From NCBI GenBank assembly GCA_030604885.1, contig JAUVUZ010000013.1, forward strand, positions 387 through 64,386: 64,000 nt of DNA, given 5' to 3'. Made by a program: the position numbers and the translations under genes. The first letter of the stretch is position 1. Each line of letters starts with the position of its first letter. Shown piece after piece: positions 8,137-18,634 of the stretch. The stretch comes from Alphaproteobacteria bacterium. GTDB lineage: Bacteria > Pseudomonadota > Alphaproteobacteria > Rhodospirillales > Rhodospirillaceae. The notes under the pieces were generated by a model, which was not told the origin of the DNA, searched no databases, and was given only the letters and a program-made list of their open reading frames with translations.

Positions 8137-10458
8137 TCAGCGGGCCAGCGTCACCGTGGTGCCTTCCTCGGGCACGGTGACGAGGCGGAAGGTCCAGCCC
8201 TGGGATTCGGCGTAGGCACGAATCACCGCGAAGCGGGCGCGGGCGGCACGGTCGCCGCCCGGCTCGACGTTCCAGCCCGAGCCGGTGTCGGCGACGGTGA
8301 GGGTGAGCGGGCCGCCCGGCTCCCGCTGCGCCGCCAGCGACACCGCGTCGCCGGTCTGGGCGCCCAGCAGCGCCATGTCGAAGATCAGCCCCATCAGCCG
8401 CTCGAACGGCGTCAGCACCAGGCGTTCGGCGCCGATCTCGGGCAGGCAGTCGAAGTGCAGGTCGATCTCGCGGCGCTGGGCGCGCTCGCGCACCATGTTC
8501 AGCACCTCCGAGAGCGCGGCGTGCACGTCCACCGCCTCGGGCACCTCGCGGCGCGGCGGGTGGGCGCGCAGGTCGTCCACCGCCGCCAGCAGGCGGTCGG
8601 CGGCGGCGGCGGCGTCGCGGACGCTGTCCACATACGCCTGCTGGCGCGGGTTGAGCACGCCGTAATGGCCATGGGCGAGGATTTCCGCCCACCCGGCGAT
8701 GGAGCGCACGCCGCCCGCCAGCACCGCCGCGAGATCGGCCACGTCCGCCTGCATCGGCACCGAATCGTAGGCCAGCACCATGCCGCCGTCCACCAGCGGC
8801 GCCGCCTGCCAGCGCAGCAGGCCGCGCGCGGCGTGGGCGAGGGTGCCGTCGCGCGCCTCGCGGTCGTGGAACACCCGGCTCATCAGCGTCGCGAACGCCG
8901 GGCGCTCCGCCGGATCGGCGATCAGGCGCGCCTGAAAATCGATAATCTCGCTGAAGCGCAGGCTGCCCGCCGCGTCCACCCCGCCCGGCAGGGGGCGCAC
9001 CTCGGGCAGGTCCCACAGCAGCGCGAACGCGGTGTTGGAGAGCTTGAGCCGCCCGGCGAGGTCGAACACCGCCACCGCCTCGCGCAGGTGGTTGAGGGTT
9101 TCCACCTGCACGTCGATGAGGGTGTTGTAGGAGCGCTCCAGCGCCAGGGTGTCGGTGACGTCCTCGTAGGTGAGCAGCAGGCCGCCCAGCGGGTGCGGCG
9201 CCACGACGCGCCGCAGGGTCTTGCCGCCGGGCAGGTGCATCAGCGCCTCCACCGGCTCCAGAAGATCGGTGAACAGCGCGATCTCCTCCGCCTTGTAGGC
9301 GGGGAAGTTGGCCGCCTCGGGCAGCAGGCGGCGGTCGCGCAGCACCTCGAGCACGGTGCCGTAATCCGGCTCGCTGTCGAGCCAGGCGTCGTCCAGCAGC
9401 CACAGGCGCACGAACGCGGTGTTGTAGAAGCGCAGGCGCTGGTCGGCGCCGAACACCGCGATGGCGGTGCCGAGGCGCTCCAGCACCAGGGCGTGGGCTT
9501 CGTCGTGGCGGGCCAGCTCGGCGCGCGCGTCCTGCTGCTCGGTCATGTCGAGCGCGATGCCGACGGTGCCGCCCAGGTCCTTCACCTCGTTGGGCATCAC
9601 CGCCATCTGGCCGTGGGGCATCAGCGGCGTCTCGCGGATCTCGAGGTGGCGCAGCGCGCCGTTCATCGCCAGCACCTCGTGCTCCTGGCGGCTGTCTCCG
9701 GCGGCGCGGGCGCGGGCGGCGAGCGCGCGGCCCTCGCGGCCCGAGGCGCCCTGGATCAGCTCCGCGCCCTGGCGGCGCGCGGTCATCGGGTCGCGCGCGC
9801 CCACCGCGCGGGCGAACGCCATGTTGCAGAAGCTCATGTCGAGGCCGTCGTCGCGCAGCCAGATCGGCAGCGGCAGGGCGTCGAGGGCGGCGCGGTAGCG
9901 GCTGCGGTCGCGGCGCAGGATTTCGAGCTCGCGCCGGGCCGCCGCCTGGGCCTCCACCTCGCGGGTGATGTCGGAGAACCACAGCACCGAGGTGAAGCGG
10001 CCCCCGGCCTCGTCCGCCCGCACGCCGGTGATGCGCAGCACCCGGCCGCAGCCGGGCGCGGCGGCGGTGCGGATGAAGGTTTCCCCCTGTTGCAGCAGCA
10101 GCGCCAGCGGCGCCAGCAGCGCCTCGCCGTCGTCGTCGTCGAGGGCGGCGCGCACCGCGGCGAAGCCCGCCGCCTCCCCCTCCGGCAGCGCCAGCAGCAC
10201 CGCGAGGCGGCGGCTGCACCGCACCGTACAAGCCTCCGGGGCCTCGGCCTCGGCGTCGTGGAACAGCAGCAGCGCGCCGTCGCCCGCGTGGGCGAGGATG
10301 CCCTCGAGCCGGCGCGCCTCCTCGGCCAGGGCGGCATCGCGGCGGCGGCGGGCGCGGGCGGCGAACGCCCCCACCCCCCCCAACGCGACCGCCGCCACGG
10401 CGAAGCCGGTGGCGGCGGGTGCGGCGAAGGGCAGAAGCTCGGTCAACGCCGGAACCAT
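8137..10458 (-). CDS. Membrane-anchored multi-PAS sensor histidine-kinase homologue with degenerate H-box, N-box and G2 box (probable pseudokinase)
   Basis: ORF 8137..10512, trimmed to the ATG at 10458 (MVPALTELLPFAAPA..., an N-terminal hydrophobic segment, with GGAGGG upstream). It has repeated PAS-like blocks (..RLRFYNTAF.., ..RLKLSNTAF..). The C-terminal 199 aa align in layout to DHp and catalytic domains but lack the phospho-acceptor His (see findings). Confidence 0.7.
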   Translation of the reverse strand: MVPALTELLPFAAPAATGFAVAAVALGGVGAFAARARRRRDAALAEEARRLEGILAHAGDGALLLFHDAEAEAPEACTVRCSRRLAVLLALPEGEAAGFAAVRAALDDDDGEALLAPLALLLQQGETFIRTAAAPGCGRVLRITGVRADEAGGRFTSVLWFSDITREVEAQAAARRELEILRRDRSRYRAALDALPLPIWLRDDGLDMSFCNMAFARAVGARDPMTARRQGAELIQGASGREGRALAARARAAGDSRQEHEVLAMNGALRHLEIRETPLMPHGQMAVMPNEVKDLGGTVGIALDMTEQQDARAELARHDEAHALVLERLGTAIAVFGADQRLRFYNTAFVRLWLLDDAWLDSEPDYGTVLEVLRDRRLLPEAANFPAYKAEEIALFTDLLEPVEALMHLPGGKTLRRVVAPHPLGGLLLTYEDVTDTLALERSYNTLIDVQVETLNHLREAVAVFDLAGRLKLSNTAFALLWDLPEVRPLPGGVDAAGSLRFSEIIDFQARLIADPAERPAFATLMSRVFHDREARDGTLAHAARGLLRWQAAPLVDGGMVLAYDSVPMQADVADLAAVLAGGVRSIAGWAEILAHGHYGVLNPRQQAYVDSVRDAAAAADRLLAAVDDLRAHPPRREVPEAVDVHAALSEVLNMVRERAQRREIDLHFDCLPEIGAERLVLTPFERLMGLIFDMALLGAQTGDAVSLAAQREPGGPLTLTVADTGSGWNVEPGGDRAARARFAVIRAYAESQGWTFRLVTVPEEGTTVTLAR

Positions 10459-10517
10459 TCTCGCCCTCCCCCCGATCTGCAATTTTCGATGCGCGCCGCG
10501 CGGGCGGCGCACATCCG

Positions 10518-11813
10518 TCAGTAGCGATATTCCTCCGGCTTGAACGGCCCGTCAACGGACACGCCGATGTACGCCGCCTGCGCCGGGGAGAGTTTCTCGA
10601 GCTTCACGCCGAGCTTGCCGAGGTGCAGCGCCGCCACCTTCTCGTCGAGGGACTTGGGCAGCACGTAGACCTTCTTCTCGTACTTGTCGGCGTGGTTCCA
10701 CAGCTCGATCTGCGCCAGCACCTGGTTGGTGAACGAGGCGGACATCACGAAGCTCGGGTGGCCGGTGGCGCAGCCGAGGTTGACGAGGCGGCCCTCCGCC
10801 AGGACGACGATGCGCTTGCCGTCGGGAAACTCCACTTCGTCCACCTGCGGCTTGACCGGCAGCCACTTGAAGTTGCGCAGCCCGGCGATCTGGATCTCGC
10901 TGTCGAAGTGGCCGATGTTGCAGACGATCGCCCGGTCCTTCATCGCCCGCATGTGGTCCACGGTGATGACGTCGATGTTGCCGGTGCAGGTGACGAAGAT
11001 GTCGCCGCGCGGCGCCGCCTCGGCCATGGTGGTGACCTCGAAGCCCTCCATCGCAGCCTGCAGCGCGCAGATCGGGTCCGCCTCGGTGACGATGACGCGG
11101 CAGCCCGCGCGGCTCAAGCTGTCCGCCGAACCCTTGCCGACGTCGCCGAACCCGGCCACCACCGCCACCTTGCCCGCCATCATCACGTCGGTGGCGCGGC
11201 GGATGCCGTCCACCAGCGATTCGCGGCAGCCGTACTTGTTGTCGAACTTCGACTTGGTGACGCTGTCGTTGACGTTGATCGCCGGGACCATCAGCTTGCC
11301 CGACTTCACCATCTCGTGCAGGCGGTGGACGCCGGTGGTGGTCTCCTCCGACAGGCCGCGCACGTCCTTCAGCAGCTCGGGATACTGCTCGTGCATCATC
11401 AGGGTGAGGTCGCCGCCGTCGTCGAGGATCATGTTGGGGCGCCAGCCGTCCGGACCGAGGATGGTCTGGACGATGCACCAGTCGGCCTCCTCCTGGGTTT
11501 CGCCCTTCCAGGCGAACACCGGGATGCCCGCCGCCGCGATCGCCGCCGCCGCGTGGTCCTGGGTCGAGAAGATGTTGCACGACGACCAGCGCACCGTGGC
11601 GCCCAGCGCCACCAGGGTCTCGATCAGCACCGCGGTCTGGATCGTCATGTGCAGGCAGCCGGCGATGCGGGCGCCCTTCAGCGGCTGGCTCGGGCCGAAC
11701 TCGGCGCGCAGCGCCATCAGGCCCGGCATCTCGGTTTCGGCGATCGCGATCTCCTTGCGGCCCCAGTCGGCCAGCTTGATGTCGGCGATCTTGTAATCGG
11801 TGAACTCGGCCAT
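10518..11813 (-). CDS. ahcY: Adenosylhomocysteinase
   Basis: This is the 3' part of ORF 10518..13064, trimmed to the ATG at 11813. The product [33 protein letters not shown]... is 431 aa and has the NAD fold GFGDVGKG. Confidence 0.95.
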   Translation of the reverse strand: MAEFTDYKIADIKLADWGRKEIAIAETEMPGLMALRAEFGPSQPLKGARIAGCLHMTIQTAVLIETLVALGATVRWSSCNIFSTQDHAAAAIAAAGIPVFAWKGETQEEADWCIVQTILGPDGWRPNMILDDGGDLTLMMHEQYPELLKDVRGLSEETTTGVHRLHEMVKSGKLMVPAINVNDSVTKSKFDNKYGCRESLVDGIRRATDVMMAGKVAVVAGFGDVGKGSADSLSRAGCRVIVTEADPICALQAAMEGFEVTTMAEAAPRGDIFVTCTGNIDVITVDHMRAMKDRAIVCNIGHFDSEIQIAGLRNFKWLPVKPQVDEVEFPDGKRIVVLAEGRLVNLGCATGHPSFVMSASFTNQVLAQIELWNHADKYEKKVYVLPKSLDEKVAALHLGKLGVKLEKLSPAQAAYIGVSVDGPFKPEEYRY

Positions 11814-11981
11814 TTCGACCCTCCTGATAACCACGGCGCGACCCCGCGCGCGCGGCGTGAAAAGCGCGCGGATCATATCCACACCCGGGGTGCGTGCCAA
11901 CCCTATATCGGGGGTTCCGCCTTGCGCGCAACCGGCGGGGCGCCTATACCGGGTGCCTTCCGATTCATCACGGCTGGCATC

Positions 11982-12950
11982 ATGGTTCAAATTTTGGGCG
12001 TGTTCGCCCCGATCTTCCTCATCACCCTGGCGGGCTACGGCTGCGGCCGGGCGCATTTCCTCGGCCCGGCGGGGGCGACGGTGCTGTCGCGCTTCGTGTT
12101 CTTCGTCGCCATGCCGCCGCTGTTCTTCGGCACCCTGGCGCGGCGGGATTTCGCCGAGATCGCCCACTGGGGCTACCTCGCCACCTACGCCATCGCCATT
12201 CTCGTGGGCGCCGTGGTGTTCCTGGCGCTGGGTCGGCGGGTGTTCAAGGAGAGCGGCGCCAAGCTCGCCCTCGGCATCTTCACCGCGATCAACGGCAACG
12301 CCGGATACATCGGCATCCCGATCTGCCTCTACGCCTTCGGCACGCCGCTGCCCGCGATCCTCGCCACCCTGGTGCACATGATGTGCGTCTACCCGGTGCT
12401 GATCACATGGATCGAGCTGGACCTCGCGCGCAAGGCCGGGGCGCCCGCCACCTCGGTGGTGGCGAAGGTGGGACAGGTGTTCCTGGTGGTGCTGAAGAAC
12501 CCGCTGCTGCTCGCCAACTTCCTCGGCGTCGGCGTGGCGGCGGCGCGCATCGAGATTCCCGAGACCATCCTCCGCACCTGCGACCTGCTGGGCCACGGCG
12601 CGATTCCGGCGGCGGTGTTCACCCTCGGCCTGACGCTCGCGGAAAAGGACGTGGAGGACGCGGCCTCCGGCGGCGACCGCCGCGAGATCGCCGCCGCCTC
12701 GGCGATCAAGCTGGTGCTGATCCCGCTGGTGGCGTTCGTGGTCGGCAAGTTCGTGTTCGCGCTCGACGCGGCGCAGCTGGGGTCGCTGGTGTTCGTCGCC
12801 GCCCTGCCCTCGCCCAAGAACGCCTTCATCCTGGCGCAGCGTTACGGCGTCTACATCCGCCGCGCGGCGATGACGGTGTTCGTCACCACCGTCGCCTCGG
12901 CGGTGACCCTGCCGCTGGTGCTCTACGTCTTCGGCCGACAAAGCCTTTGA
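11982..12950 (+). CDS. AEC (auxin efflux carrier) family transporter
   Basis: This is the 3' part of ORF 10419..12950, trimmed to the ATG at 11982. The product [20 protein letters not shown]... is a polytopic membrane protein of 322 aa typical of AEC/PIN-like permeases. Confidence 0.7.
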   Translation: MVQILGVFAPIFLITLAGYGCGRAHFLGPAGATVLSRFVFFVAMPPLFFGTLARRDFAEIAHWGYLATYAIAILVGAVVFLALGRRVFKESGAKLALGIFTAINGNAGYIGIPICLYAFGTPLPAILATLVHMMCVYPVLITWIELDLARKAGAPATSVVAKVGQVFLVVLKNPLLLANFLGVGVAAARIEIPETILRTCDLLGHGAIPAAVFTLGLTLAEKDVEDAASGGDRREIAAASAIKLVLIPLVAFVVGKFVFALDAAQLGSLVFVAALPSPKNAFILAQRYGVYIRRAAMTVFVTTVASAVTLPLVLYVFGRQSL

Positions 12951-13002
12951 CAGCGGCCGGGACCGGCGCGACGCTTCCTCCCTCGGACCAGGGGAGGACG
13001 CC

Positions 13003-13929
13003 ATGCGCATCGACCGCGACACCTCGGGCGTGTACATCATCTGCGCCACGCCCTTCACCCCCACCGGCGCGGTCGACTGGCCCAGCCTCGACCGGCTGGT
13101 CGACCACTACGCCGAGGCGGGCGTCACCGGCATCACCGCCCTCGGCATCATGGGCGAGGCCGACAAGCTGACCCCGGAGGAACGCCGCGCGGTGCTGGCG
13201 CGGATCCTCGACCGCACCGCCCTGCCGGTGATCGTCGGCGTTTCCGACTCGGGCCTCGGCAACCTCGCCGACCTCGCCCGCCACGCCATGGACATCGGCG
13301 CCGCCGGGGTGATGGTGGCGCCCGCCCGGGGCACGCCGCGCGAGGACCGGGTGCTCGGCTACTTCCATCAGGTGTGCGAGGCCCTGGGGCCGGACATCCC
13401 GGTGGTGTACCAGGATTTCCCCCAGACCACCGGCGTGCCGATCTCCACCCGCGGCATCCTCGAACTCGCGCGCGACTGCCCGCAGATCGTCATGCTCAAG
13501 CACGAGGACAGCCCGGGCCTCGCGAAGATCACCGCGATCCGCGCGGCGGAGGCGAACGGCGCGCCCCGGCTCTCGATCCTGTGCGGCAACGGCGGCCTGC
13601 ACCTGCCGCAGGAGCTGGCGCGCGGCGCCGACGGCGCGATGACCGGCTTCGCCTACGCCGAGGCGCTGGTAGGCACGGTGAAGCTGTTCCGCGCGGGCCA
13701 GGCGGACGCGGCGGAGGACCTCTACGACTGCTACCTGCCGATCCTGCGGATGGAGGCGCAGCTCGGCGCGGGCCTCGCGATCCGCAAGCACATCCTGATG
13801 CGGCGCGGCGTCATCGCCTGCGCCGCCCTGCGCGCGCCGGGGCCGAGGCTCGCACCGGTGGACATGGCGGAGATCGACCGGCTGATGGCGCGCACCGCCG
13901 CCAAGGTCACCGCGCTCGGCGGCGCGTGA
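13003..13929 (+). CDS. Dihydrodipicolinate synthase/N-acetylneuraminate lyase family aldolase
   Basis: ORF 13003..13929 (308 aa). It has DapA-family blocks (..TPFT..G.VD...L..LV......GV.GI..LG.MGE...L..EER..) and a candidate Schiff-base Lys in IVMLKHED. The specific substrate is unknown. Confidence 0.7.
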   Translation: MRIDRDTSGVYIICATPFTPTGAVDWPSLDRLVDHYAEAGVTGITALGIMGEADKLTPEERRAVLARILDRTALPVIVGVSDSGLGNLADLARHAMDIGAAGVMVAPARGTPREDRVLGYFHQVCEALGPDIPVVYQDFPQTTGVPISTRGILELARDCPQIVMLKHEDSPGLAKITAIRAAEANGAPRLSILCGNGGLHLPQELARGADGAMTGFAYAEALVGTVKLFRAGQADAAEDLYDCYLPILRMEAQLGAGLAIRKHILMRRGVIACAALRAPGPRLAPVDMAEIDRLMARTAAKVTALGGA

Positions 13930-14554
13930 GGGCGTCCAGCAGCAGGGCGAACACCACGCCGTTCAGCAGGTGCCAGAGGAAATGGGTGCCGAGCGGCAGC
14001 GCCCCGCACACCAGCGGGTCGGCGATGCGGAAGCCGAGGGAGGCGACCAGCGTCACCGTGGCCGCCGCCACCGGCACGAACGCCGGGTGGCGCGCCGCCG
14101 CCAGCGCCACGGCGGTGAGGACCAGCGCCGCGAGGGCGGGCAGATACATCGCGCTGCCGCGCAGCCACGGCGGCAGCAGGCCCGGCGTCACCCACAGCAG
14201 CGCCCCGGCCGCCACCGCCAGCCCCGCCACCTGCAGCGGCGAGAGGCCGAAGAACCGCCGCAGCCCGACGAACAGATAGGCGAGACAGAACACCCCGATC
14301 GGCGCCACATCCGCCAGCCCGGCCCAGCGGGTAGCGAAGGTGTGGAACAGGAACGAGCCGAGACCCACCAACGCGGCGAGGGCGGCGATCAGCGCGACGG
14401 CGGGAGAGCGCGCGCCGCGCTTTCCCGCGAGGCGCCAGCCCCACGCGGCGGCGGCGAGGAAGGCGAGGTTGGTGAGGGCGTTGACCGGCTCGGCCCAGAA
14501 GCCGGGGCCGAGGCGCTCGCAGTAGATGTCCACCGCCGCGCCCCAGTCGGCCAT
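13907..14554 (-). CDS. Ceramidase-domain-like polytopic membrane protein
   Basis: This is the 3' part of ORF 13907..16204, trimmed to the ATG at 14554. The product MADWGAAVDIYCERLGPGFWAEPVNALTNLAF... has about 6-7 TM segments with conserved His residues (FLFHTF, THFLWHLLNG), as in alkaline-ceramidase-like bacterial proteins. The family assignment is tentative. Confidence 0.5.
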   Translation of the reverse strand: MADWGAAVDIYCERLGPGFWAEPVNALTNLAFLAAAAWGWRLAGKRGARSPAVALIAALAALVGLGSFLFHTFATRWAGLADVAPIGVFCLAYLFVGLRRFFGLSPLQVAGLAVAAGALLWVTPGLLPPWLRGSAMYLPALAALVLTAVALAAARHPAFVPVAAATVTLVASLGFRIADPLVCGALPLGTHFLWHLLNGVVFALLLDALTRRRAR

Positions 14555-14556
14555 GT

Positions 14557-16332
14557 CTAGATGCTTTCGCCGTTGAAGTCGGCCACCAGGCGGCGCACGT
14601 CGAGCACGTCGGCGCGGCGCATCACCTGAATCGCCAGTTCCTCCGCCGCCGGGGCGAGCATGTGGCGCACCGCGTCCTTGACCAGCGGCAGGTTGGCGGG
14701 CGCCATCGACAGTTCGGCCATGCCCATGCCCACCAGCAGGCCGGTGAAGCGCGGGTCGCCCGCCACCTCGCCGCACACCGAAACCGGCACCCGCGCCCGC
14801 CGCGCCGCCTCGGCGGTGAAGTGGATCAGGCGCAGCACCGCTGGGTGCATGCCGTCGTAGAGGTGGGCCACCTGCTCGTCGGAACGGTCGATGGCGAGGG
14901 TGTATTGGGTGAGATCGTTGGTGCCGATGGAGAGGAACCCGGCCTCCCGCGCCAGCGCGTCGGCGCACAGGGCGGCGCCCGGCACCTCGATCATCACGCC
15001 GAGCGGCGGCGGCGTCTCGGGCATCTTGACGCCGCGGCGGCGCAACTCCTCGTACACCTCGCGGAAGTGGGCGCGGCACTCGCGCAGCTCGCCCACCGAG
15101 CCGATCATCGGCAGCAGCACCCGCACCGGTCCGTGCACGGCGGCGCGGATCGCCGCCGCGAACTGGGCGCGCAGCAGCTCCGGCCGCGCCAGCGACAGCC
15201 GCACCGCGCGCAGGCCCATCGCCGGGTTGGGCGCGGTGCCGAGGTCGAACAGCCGGGTGAGCTTGTCGCCGCCGACGTCGAGGGTGCGGAAGGTCACCGG
15301 GTGGCCGTCCATGCGCTCGACCACCGCCTTCAGGGTTTCGTACTGCTCGTCCGCCGAAGGCAGGGTGTCGCGGTTCATGTAGAGGAATTCGGAGCGGAAC
15401 AGGCCGATGCCCTCCGCCCCGGCGATCACCGCCGCGTTGGTCTCCTCCGGGCGCTCGATGTTCGCCATCAGGGTGACGCGGCGGCCGTCGCGGGTGACGG
15501 CGGGCAGGCCGCGCAGGCGGTGCAGCACCCGCGCCCGGCGCAGCGCGGCGGCGCGGCCCTTGCGGTACTCCTCCATCTGGTCGGGCGTGGGGTTGAGGAT
15601 CACCCGGCCGTGGGTGCCGTCGACGATCACGGTGCAGCCGGGGGCGAGCGCCTTGGTCAGCCCGGCGACGCCCACCACCGCGGGAATGCCGAGGGAGCGC
15701 GCCATGATCGCGGTGTGGCTGGCGACGCCGCCCAGCTCGGTGGCGAACCCGGCGATGCGGTGCGGGTCCATCTGCGCGGTGTCGGCGGGGGTGAGTTCGT
15801 CGGCGAGGATGATGGTCTGGCGCGGCAGGTCGGCGAACGCGGTCGCCTCCTCGTGGCCGAGGCGGCGCACCAGCCGCTGGCCGAGGTCGCGCACGTCGTC
15901 GGCGCGGGCGGCGAGGTAGAGATCCTCCATCGCCGCGAACGCCGCCACCAGTTCGTCGATCTGGCGCTTCACCGCCGCCTCGGCGTTGATACCCTTTTCG
16001 GCGATCAGCGTCTCGACGCCGCGGGTGAGGCGCGAGCGGCGCAGCATGTGGGCGTGGGCGTCGAGGATGTAGGAGATTTCCTCGGCCGCCTGCTCGGGCA
16101 GGCCGCGCGCCTCCTCGGCGATGGTCTTCAGCTCCTGCGCCACGTGGCGCACCGCGGTGCGGAAGCGTTCCAGCTCCGCCGCCACCTTCTCCGGCGCGAC
16201 GCAATACTCGATCACCGACAGGCCGCCGGTTTCGTGGACGTAGGCGATGCCGAGCGCGATGCCGGGGCTGACCGGCGTGCCGGTCATCACCCGCGTCGGC
16301 AGGTCCGGAATCGGCTGGTCGTCAATCTTCAT
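14557..16332 (-). CDS. ptsI: Phosphoenolpyruvate-protein phosphotransferase (PTS enzyme I, no GAF domain)
   Basis: ORF 14557..16332 (591 aa). It has the active-site His region GGVASHTAIMARSLGIPAVVG and a C-terminal PEP-utilising domain. An alternative start is the ATG at 16287 (MTGTPVSPGIALG...). Confidence 0.9.
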   Translation of the reverse strand: MKIDDQPIPDLPTRVMTGTPVSPGIALGIAYVHETGGLSVIEYCVAPEKVAAELERFRTAVRHVAQELKTIAEEARGLPEQAAEEISYILDAHAHMLRRSRLTRGVETLIAEKGINAEAAVKRQIDELVAAFAAMEDLYLAARADDVRDLGQRLVRRLGHEEATAFADLPRQTIILADELTPADTAQMDPHRIAGFATELGGVASHTAIMARSLGIPAVVGVAGLTKALAPGCTVIVDGTHGRVILNPTPDQMEEYRKGRAAALRRARVLHRLRGLPAVTRDGRRVTLMANIERPEETNAAVIAGAEGIGLFRSEFLYMNRDTLPSADEQYETLKAVVERMDGHPVTFRTLDVGGDKLTRLFDLGTAPNPAMGLRAVRLSLARPELLRAQFAAAIRAAVHGPVRVLLPMIGSVGELRECRAHFREVYEELRRRGVKMPETPPPLGVMIEVPGAALCADALAREAGFLSIGTNDLTQYTLAIDRSDEQVAHLYDGMHPAVLRLIHFTAEAARRARVPVSVCGEVAGDPRFTGLLVGMGMAELSMAPANLPLVKDAVRHMLAPAAEELAIQVMRRADVLDVRRLVADFNGESI

Positions 16333-16597
16333 GAAACTTGGCTTCCACCAGATCGCACAGCGCGGTCAGGGCGGCCTCGGCCTCGTTGCCCTCGGCGGCG
16401 ACGTGGATCGCGCAGCCGGGCCCGGCGGCCAGCATCATCAGGCCCATGATCGACTCGCCCGAAACTGTCTGGCCGTTCTTGGACACCTCGACGCGCGCGT
16501 CGAAGCCGCCCGCCAGCTTGACGAACTTGGCGGCGGCGCGGGCGTGCAGCCCGCGCATGTTGCAGATCGTCACTTCGCGGGACTTGACGCTCACCAC
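16322..16597 (-). CDS. ptsH: Phosphocarrier protein HPr/NPr
   Basis: ORF 16322..16597 (91 aa). It has the His-15 region (NMRGLHARAAAKF) and the Ser-46 region (VSGESIMGLMML). Confidence 0.9.
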   Translation of the reverse strand: MVSVKSREVTICNMRGLHARAAAKFVKLAGGFDARVEVSKNGQTVSGESIMGLMMLAAGPGCAIHVAAEGNEAEAALTALCDLVEAKFHED

Positions 16598-16622
16598 GTG
16601 CTCCTCACCGAAACGCCCAGAT

Positions 16623-17024
16623 TCACGACTGGGACAGCAGCTTCGAGGCCACGTTGATGTATTTGCGCCCGGCCTCCTGGGCGCTGATCACCGCTTCGCT
16701 CAGGGACTCGGTGCCGCGCACCGAGGCGAGCTTGATCAGCATCGGCAGGTTGACGCCCGCGATCACCTCGATGCGGGTGCGGTCCATGATCGAGATCGCG
16801 AGATTGGAGGGGGTGCCGCCGAACATGTCGGTGAGCACCACCGCGCCCGAGCCGTCGTCCACGGCGGCGACGCTGTCCATGATGTCCTGGCGGCGCTGCT
16901 CCATGTCGTCGTCGGGGCCGATGCAGACCGCCAGAATCCGCTCCTGATGGCCGACCACGTGTTCGAGGGCGGCGATCAGTTCGACGGCCAGGCGGCCGTG
17001 GGTGACGAGTACCAAGCCGATCAT
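16623..17024 (-). CDS. PTS EIIA component, mannose/fructose family
   Basis: ORF 16623..17024 (133 aa). The product MIGLVLVTHGRLAVELI... carries the EIIA-Man active-site His near the N-terminus. Confidence 0.85.
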   Translation of the reverse strand: MIGLVLVTHGRLAVELIAALEHVVGHQERILAVCIGPDDDMEQRRQDIMDSVAAVDDGSGAVVLTDMFGGTPSNLAISIMDRTRIEVIAGVNLPMLIKLASVRGTESLSEAVISAQEAGRKYINVASKLLSQS

Positions 17025-17115
17025 TGTCGTGTTCGTTCCTTCCCCCGTTGGCAGCCTCCCCCGAGGCGGCCCCCTATTGAGCCTGCTTCCGTCGTCCGAT
17101 GCAACCGTTTGCCGT

Positions 17116-18021
17116 TCATCCGTCGGCGCGCTGAAGCTCGCGGTGCCGCAGCGAGAAGCCGTATCCCGCCTGTCCCAGCCATTCGGCCAGCCGCTCGGCG
17201 ACGTAGACCGAGCGGTGGCGGCCGCCGGTGCAGCCCACCGCGATGGTGAGGTAGCTCTTGCCCTCGGTGACGTAGCGCGGCAGGAGCGGCGCGATCAGCG
17301 CCTTGAGGCGCGCCTCGAATTCGGCGAAATCCGGGTCTTCCGCGATATAGGCCTGCACCGCCGCGTCCGCGCCGGTCTGGTCCTTGAGGGCCGGAACGTA
17401 ATGCGGATTGCGCAGGAAGCGCACGTCGAACACCAGGTCCGCCTCGCGCGGCAGGCCGCGGCGGAACGAGAACGAGGTGACGAACACGTGCAGCCCGGTG
17501 CGCGCCGGGGCGTAGCGGCTGGTGAGCATGGTCTTGAGCGACCCGGCGGGCAGGTCGGTGGTGTCGATGACGTCGTCGGCCGAGAGCTTGAGCGGCGCGA
17601 GGATCTGGCGTTCGAGGGCGATGCCGTCCACCAGCGGCCGGTCGAGGGCGAGCGGGTGGCGGCGGCGGGTCTCGGTGTAGCGGCGCTGGAGCGCCTCGTC
17701 GTCGCACTCGAGGAACAGGATGCGCGGGCGAATCGCGGCGATCTTCTCGACGTCGCGCAGCAGGCGGCGGATGCCGCGCACGTCGAAATCGCGGGTGCGG
17801 ATGTCGACGCCGATCGCCATCGGCCGCCGCACGTTCTGGTATTCGGCCCAGGCGTTGGCCTCCTCGCCCACCATGTGGCGCAGCAGGAACAGCGGCACGT
17901 TGTCCACCGCCTCGTAGCCCAGGTCCTCGAACGCCTTCAGGGTGGTGGATTTGCCCGCGCCCGACATGCCGGTGATCACCACCACGTCGCGCGGCTGGGG
18001 GGCTGCGACGGGGGCGGTCAT
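17116..18021 (-). CDS. rapZ: RNase adapter / nucleotide-binding protein RapZ (YhbJ family)
   Basis: ORF 17116..18099, trimmed to the ATG at 18021, which overlaps the hprK stop as ATGA. It has the Walker A GMSGAGKST and a C-terminal CTGGRHRS motif. Confidence 0.85.
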   Translation of the reverse strand: MTAPVAAPQPRDVVVITGMSGAGKSTTLKAFEDLGYEAVDNVPLFLLRHMVGEEANAWAEYQNVRRPMAIGVDIRTRDFDVRGIRRLLRDVEKIAAIRPRILFLECDDEALQRRYTETRRRHPLALDRPLVDGIALERQILAPLKLSADDVIDTTDLPAGSLKTMLTSRYAPARTGLHVFVTSFSFRRGLPREADLVFDVRFLRNPHYVPALKDQTGADAAVQAYIAEDPDFAEFEARLKALIAPLLPRYVTEGKSYLTIAVGCTGGRHRSVYVAERLAEWLGQAGYGFSLRHRELQRADG

Positions 18022-18488
18022 CGGCGCACCTCGCGGCGGTCGAGCGCGGCGTCGAGCGCCACCGCCACCACCGCGACGGCGGAGGCGGCGAAGCCCCACA
18101 GCGTCACCTCGGGCACCGCGACCCCCGCGATCTCGCGGCTTTGCGGGTCGGGCATGCGCACCACCTCGGCGGGCGCGGCCACCAGCCGCACCGCCAGGGC
18201 GACGGGAAACGCGTCGGACGCGGTGGCGGCGCCGGGGGCGGCGACCACGCCAAGGCCGCGCACCTCGATCAGCCCGGCGATGGTTTCGGGCGGCGCGGCG
18301 AACAGGCCGTCGCCCTCCCGCCGCAGCACCGTGCGGTCGTCGGCGATGAGGCGGGCGCCGCGGTCGATCAGCCGGAGCGCCAAGTCGGATTTGCCGCTGC
18401 CCGAGGGGCCGTAGATCAGCACCGCGCGGCCGTCGATGGCGACGGCCGAGGCGTGCTCGACGACGGGGGCGGATGCATGCGCGTTCAT
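18018..18488 (-). CDS. hprK: HPr kinase/phosphorylase, short alphaproteobacterial form
   Basis: ORF 18018..18614, trimmed to the ATG at 18488 (GAGGGTGG upstream). The product MNAHASAPVVEHASAVAIDGRAVLIYGPSGSGKSD... is 156 aa, so it has the catalytic domain only. Confidence 0.8.
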   Translation of the reverse strand: MNAHASAPVVEHASAVAIDGRAVLIYGPSGSGKSDLALRLIDRGARLIADDRTVLRREGDGLFAAPPETIAGLIEVRGLGVVAAPGAATASDAFPVALAVRLVAAPAEVVRMPDPQSREIAGVAVPEVTLWGFAASAVAVVAVALDAALDRREVRR

Positions 18489-18634
18489 GCTGCCACCCTC
18501 GCGCGGGGCGCCCCGCCTGTCAACGTCGCAGCGCGCGGGAGCGGCTGGAACCTTTGACGGGATCGCCGCGTTACGCTCTCGAAATCCGGCCTCGCGCCTG
18601 ACGCGGACCGCCAACCGTTCGGAGAAAGATCGCG

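Noticed and set aside
11910-11935. TGGCAC-containing string (ttggcacgcaccccgg on the reverse strand) as a sigma-54 promoter for ahcY.
   Set aside because: The -12 position carries CCGG instead of TTGC/GC at the required spacing, so it is not a -24/-12 promoter.
11814-11981. Possible SAH riboswitch in the ahcY leader.
   Set aside because: The conserved SAH-riboswitch strings as I recall them (GAGGAGCGCUGC ... AACGGCGCUC) are not present on the gene strand. Only generic GC hairpins are seen. cmscan against Rfam would be decisive.
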